Shown here piece after piece: positions 59,370 through 64,000 of a stretch of DNA of 64,000 nt. Origin of the DNA: Macrostomum lignano (Eukaryota); contig NIVC01000594.1 in NCBI GenBank assembly GCA_002269645.1, positions 62,001 through 126,000 on the forward strand. Direction: 5' to 3'. Both the position numbers and the translations under genes were made by a program. The notes below the pieces were generated by a model that was given only the letters and a program-made list of their open reading frames with translations, was not told the origin of the DNA and did no database searches. The first letter of the stretch is position 1, and each line of letters starts with the position of its first letter.

Positions 59370-60897
59370 GATTGAGAATTGCAGACTTTTTGTGACGGAT
59401 GACACTGGGACGGGTTTCTATACTGTTTACTGCTGTCTCAGCTGAAATACATCGTATACACGCGCACATGTCCGCAAAAGCGATTAATTTTATTTGCCAA
59501 ATACTTCATCCGCTCTTGGATTTTTTCATGTGTTAAAGGGTGTTAATTGTTTTATGCGTCTATACGACATAATAAATCAATATTTTTGCTACAAACAGTT
59601 GTATGATTGACGCACCATACAAATTGAATCAAATTATGCTTGTAAACTTGTAGTGCGAGCCAAACTACAGGTATCAGGAGAGGAGATTTCCGGGATGATT
59701 ATGTGTGCCACGCCTGCCAAAACTTAGTACTGACTTATACCTCTCAATGTACAGCCGCGCGCTGCAGGACCCTGCGGGCCACCCTACTGGCAGAGACAGT
59801 ATAGGCGCTCACTCACTGCCTGCTGGCTGACGCCGGCGTCCCAGATCGGCGGCACATTTTGTGGTGTCACAGCTACAAATTCTCACGAGATCTCCTCTCG
59901 ATTTTGCTTTAAGTCTTGTTTGAATTTATGATTCTATAGCACCTAGATGTATACGGAACATGTTTTACTTTTGGTTACGAGTAGGTTATGCAGTTTGTCC
60001 ATTTTCAAGAAGATTTGAGTAAATAAAATTTTTATTTGGTCTGTCTTTTGGTTAAGTTGCCATGCAATGCAGTGATTAATATGCTGAGTCATGAATTCTT
60101 CCGGGTTCAGCAACCGATATGGCAATTCTCGTTTTGTTTCGAAGTCATTTAGAACTCTTGCTTACGCTGTCCCGAGAAAGACTTTAAAGAAATCTTAAAA
60201 TGGATTTAATAACTTGAATCTCTAAGAAAACGAAAAACGCACAAATGTTTTTATCTTTCAAGTTGTATTTAGAATCGAGAATTAAGAGCCTTACACTGTA
60301 TATTCTCTTTTCACTTTTTCACTTCTTGGCACGCGCATCCAATGTTTTTAAGATTCGAATAATGCAGCAGCGGTTGTTAGGGCCGCAAGCTTGGTCAACA
60401 TCGAGCGGGAGGGGGGTTAAATTCTACATAGCCCTTTTTAGCTGCATTCACATGTAAGTCCCTTTTAAGTAAACTTAGTAAAGAAAAGCTGTTCTCAGAT
60501 CGACGGGGCAAAATACTGGACCGCGGGCTGCCTTCATCTTTTTTGCTTGAAGCAGCCTCCTTTGCATTCACTGACAAACAAAAGCAAAGTGGACCGCTAT
60601 TTCTTCTGTGCTTCAGCATAAGCCATTGCCTTATTTTACTTTCTTTTCCTAAACTGCTTGCTAAAGTCGAGCCTCTGCCCTCGGCTTTTGTTGGCATAGA
60701 GGGGAGGGCAAGCGCGTATTAAGTAGAGATCGAAAACATGGAGCAGCATGTGCACATAGCAACACCATGGCAACAGGCGCAGCGCATGGGAAGGCTTTAT
60801 ATAATGCGTTCTCCTGCGGCATTGTGCGCCCTACTCGCCCTTAAAGCTGAGCTAGTTAGCATCCAAAAGTAGTCGCCTGGAATTTACATCTGCAAGC

Positions 60898-61426
60898 ATG
60901 GCCGCGCCAAAGAAGTCCGGAGGTGCAGCTGAGGCTGAGACGTCGGTGGACCTTGTTAACCGGGATCCAAACAGCATCAACAGTCACATCAGGGTGAGTA
61001 TAACTAAGACGTGCATGTAGCTGCAAAGCTCCAAAAAGAGAACCGGAATATTCTCACGACACTACCTACTGATTTTCTTCATCACAGAGCAACTTTGACG
61101 AAGTTCTGGGCGAGCAGCCGCACGCTCACAGCATCGACTGTCTGTGGAGCAACTCCTATAAGTGCTACAACTGCGGCTTTGCCTGCCTGTACAAGACCCT
61201 GACCGTGCTCACCGGCCTCTGTCTGGGCCTCTACTGGGGCTGCCAGTTCGCCTTCCTGACCTACTGCCACGTCTGGTGCATGACCCCGATGCTGAAGTTC
61301 CAGACCATCGACCTGAACCTGGTGAAACGGTTCAACCTGCTCATTCTAGATACCTGCTGCGGTCCGTTGTGCGAGACATTGGGCCTGGTGTGTAGCAGGA
61401 TCAAGGTGCAGAATGTGCAAAAGTAG
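60898..61426 (+). CDS. cav: Caveolin (144 aa); exons 60898-60993 and 61088-61426
   Basis: DLVNRDPNSINSHIR/SNFDEVLGEQPHAHSIDCLWSNSYKCY caveolin signature, a hydrophobic hairpin and a Cys-rich C-terminus; phase-0 GT-AG intron. Confidence 0.92.
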
Positions 61427-62324
61427 CTGCGAGCTCAATGACTCAACTATATAACTCAAAATTGACTAATTAACTACTTGTTGACTAAGAGAAAGCGTCT
61501 CACAGCTAAAGCCTCCGTTTTACATATGTACTCAATGATTTACTCGATCTTAATTTTGCTTCCTTTCAAAGCTTACTTGGCCTATGCCGAATGAAACAAA
61601 TATTTTATTACTGCACGAAAGACTTTCTTTTATCAAAAAAAATTCAACCAATTTTATATCCAATCGTACGTCATTGCACAGTTTAAAATCGAGGAAATTT
61701 TCAATAAAGTTTTAGTCTCCTATTCGAGTTTAACACTGTTATCTCAATATTTTACAATTTAATCTAAGAGTATAGACATACACATGTTCGCGTCCCAGTT
61801 GCGGTTTTTTAATGTTTCATTTCGTCTTAGTGATGAAAGTTAGTGGTGCGTAATAAGCTAGCAATCCTCGACCTCGTTGGGGAAGAATCAAAGGAAGAAC
61901 CCTACTCTCCTTGCATGGATAAATCATGGATGAAGCATCCATGATGCCATGTATGGATCATACCTGAACATGTATGGAGCCATACCTGATCATACATGGT
62001 TCCACGTAAACTTCATCCATGGTTACTTTCCATCCATGTACATTGATGTATGATTTTAAATATAATTTTCCTTACTACACTACTGTTAGTAGAACGCAAT
62101 GTTTGCGTAGGTTCATTTTAAAGCTGAAATTTTCTAAACAAATTCGGCAGCATCTTTAGTGCTGCTGAGAAATATGTTTCCATTCCCTTATAAATCACTT
62201 TCAAAACAAAAAAGTATCAGAACAAATACTTATGCAATTAAATGTAGAAGTAATTGAAAACTCGTATGATGACCATTTCGAGACTTATATTATTAATGAT
62301 AATTAGGCATAATTCATTTCAAAG

Positions 62325-62865
62325 TACTGTAAGAAAAAATAAGACAGCTCAGTCTCAGAGAGCTTTAAAATACAGAATGGACAGAATTTGACGCATTTCA
62401 AGGTACTGTAAGAAAAAATAAGACAGCTCAGAGAGCTTTAAAATACAGAATAGACAGAATTTGACGCATTTCAAGGTACTGTAAGAAAAAATAAAACAGC
62501 TCAGAGAGCTTTAAAATACAGAATAGACAGAATTTGACGCATTTCAAGGTACTGTAAGAAAAAATAAAACAGCTCAGAGAGCTTTAAAATACAGAATAGA
62601 CAGAATTTGACGCATTTCAAGGTACTGTAAGAAAAAATAAAACAGCTCAGAGAGCTTTAAAATACAGAATAGACAGAATTTGACGCATTTCAAGGTACTG
62701 TAAGAAAAATAAAACAGCTCAGAGAGCTTTAAGATACAGAATAGACAGAATTTGACGCATTTCAAGGTACTGTAAGAAAAAATAAAACAGCTCAGAGAGC
62801 TTTAAGATACAGAATAGACAGAATTTGACGCATTTCAAGGTACTGTAAGAAAAAATAAAACAGTA
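62325..62865. repeat. 73-bp tandem repeat
   Basis: About 7 near-identical copies of aaggtactgtaagaaaaaataaaacagctcagagagctttaaaatacagaatagacagaatttgacgcatttc. Confidence 0.95.
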
Positions 62866-63276
62866 AATTTTACTGAACAGTCAATAAATAGAATTAGCCG
62901 AATTCGGTACGCATTAAGGGCAAGGGCCGACTAATCCTTTACGAAACGAAGTTAATGCTGCATTAGTCAATTATTTGCGCACAGAAACTTGGAGATTTTG
63001 AATATGGAGAGATCGGACAAAGAGAGGTAACGGTGGGAGTCTGAGAGGGAGGAAGTTGGGCATCTGGAAAGTTATTCTGATTCCCTGATGGTTTTATCTT
63101 GGTCATGGAGCATAATTTTATTTTCTGCCAGACTTTGCAGCATTAATAATAAAATAATCGGATCTAAGGTACGGACACATACTCGTACCTTTTTAATCAT
63201 GTTCAAACTCTTTGAACAATGGCACAGCGCAATAACAGTCTTTGCTGAACGATTCTACTGGAACAGCGATGCAGGG

Positions 63277-64000
63277 TCAATCGACCTCTGAAAAATTAAC
63301 TATACGTTCGCGTCTGGCCGATCTGGGCGCATTAGACAGGGATATCAATACAAAATTGAATGTCGAAGACTTTTTGAACATGGATTCCAGCAATGCTTTC
63401 CAATTAAGTAAATCGATGGGGAAAGTTGCTGCTGGTACTCGTAAAACAAAATCAAACAGCGAACCAATGGGATCCAAAATTTGCACTCGAATAGTATTAG
63501 GCTCGAGGAACTCTGCAATAGTGCAGATTTCGCCGGACTTCAATTGGCAAAGATGGTTAGAATTTTTCGACGCACAAGCTGAGCTTGTCGAGAAAAAATG
63601 TCCATTAAAATAAGCAAGTGAGTTTCGAAGAATACCATGTGGCCTGGATGGCTCTAAAGATATAGAGTTAACTGCATCCACTACAATAGAGTCCTTAACA
63701 CAAGAAAAGTAGTGATGTAGCAACTTTTGAAACAAAAACTTGCGAACAAGCTGTGGGCCAAATGACACAGTTCCGCATAAGAACTTTTTGAACATGCCAA
63801 TGGAGCTCTCAAATGCGAACATAGAATAATTAAATACAGGTCCGTACAATTCGTACTGTTCAGCCATATGCAAAAGCAGGTGGAAATTAAGGCGGAGTAC
63901 TTTCGGTCCGAATATTTGCTGAGCATTGGAGATAAAAGCTTTGCATAGCTTTTCGATATCAGTCTTATTTGATTGGGGGCTATACAACATGTGATAAATA
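63277..64000 (-). mobile_element. C-terminal part of a CACTA/Mirage (CMC)-type transposase, truncated by the window edge
   Basis: FG...LRLNFHLLLHMAEQYELYGPVFNYSMFAFESSIGMFKK matches the NxHxLxH...GPL...SxFxFE motif of CMC transposases. Confidence 0.75.

Noticed and set aside
62325-62865. CRISPR-like appearance of this and other regular arrays
   Set aside because: Units are head-to-tail with no unique spacers, no cas genes are present, and the context is eukaryotic.

Overview
Eukaryotic (metazoan) genomic DNA with GC-rich spliced exons among dense intron-specific minisatellites and transposon relics. The style resembles a repeat-rich invertebrate such as the flatworm Macrostomum, but the organism cannot be verified from the sequence. 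Host genes: a five-RRM ELAV/Hu-like RNA-binding protein, an intronless SLC22-type transporter, METTL17/Rsm22, a divergent PNPO-like gene, a TRADD-N-like domain protein, a caveolin and a small Gly/His-rich membrane ORF. The main feature is a 10.2-kb integrated Polinton/Maverick (adintovirus-like) element at 44026-54224, with ~570-bp terminal inverted repeats and an exact 6-bp target-site duplication (GTGGAG). It carries an integrase with chromodomain, major and minor capsid proteins, an adenain-like protease, a packaging ATPase and core-type proteins. No protein-primed DNA polymerase or helicase is recognisable. Instead it carries a divergent TATA-binding-protein (TBP)-like ORF and a candidate OB-fold ssDNA-binding protein, and TATA boxes precede most of its genes. 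All protein calls come from motif recognition by eye; no database search was run.
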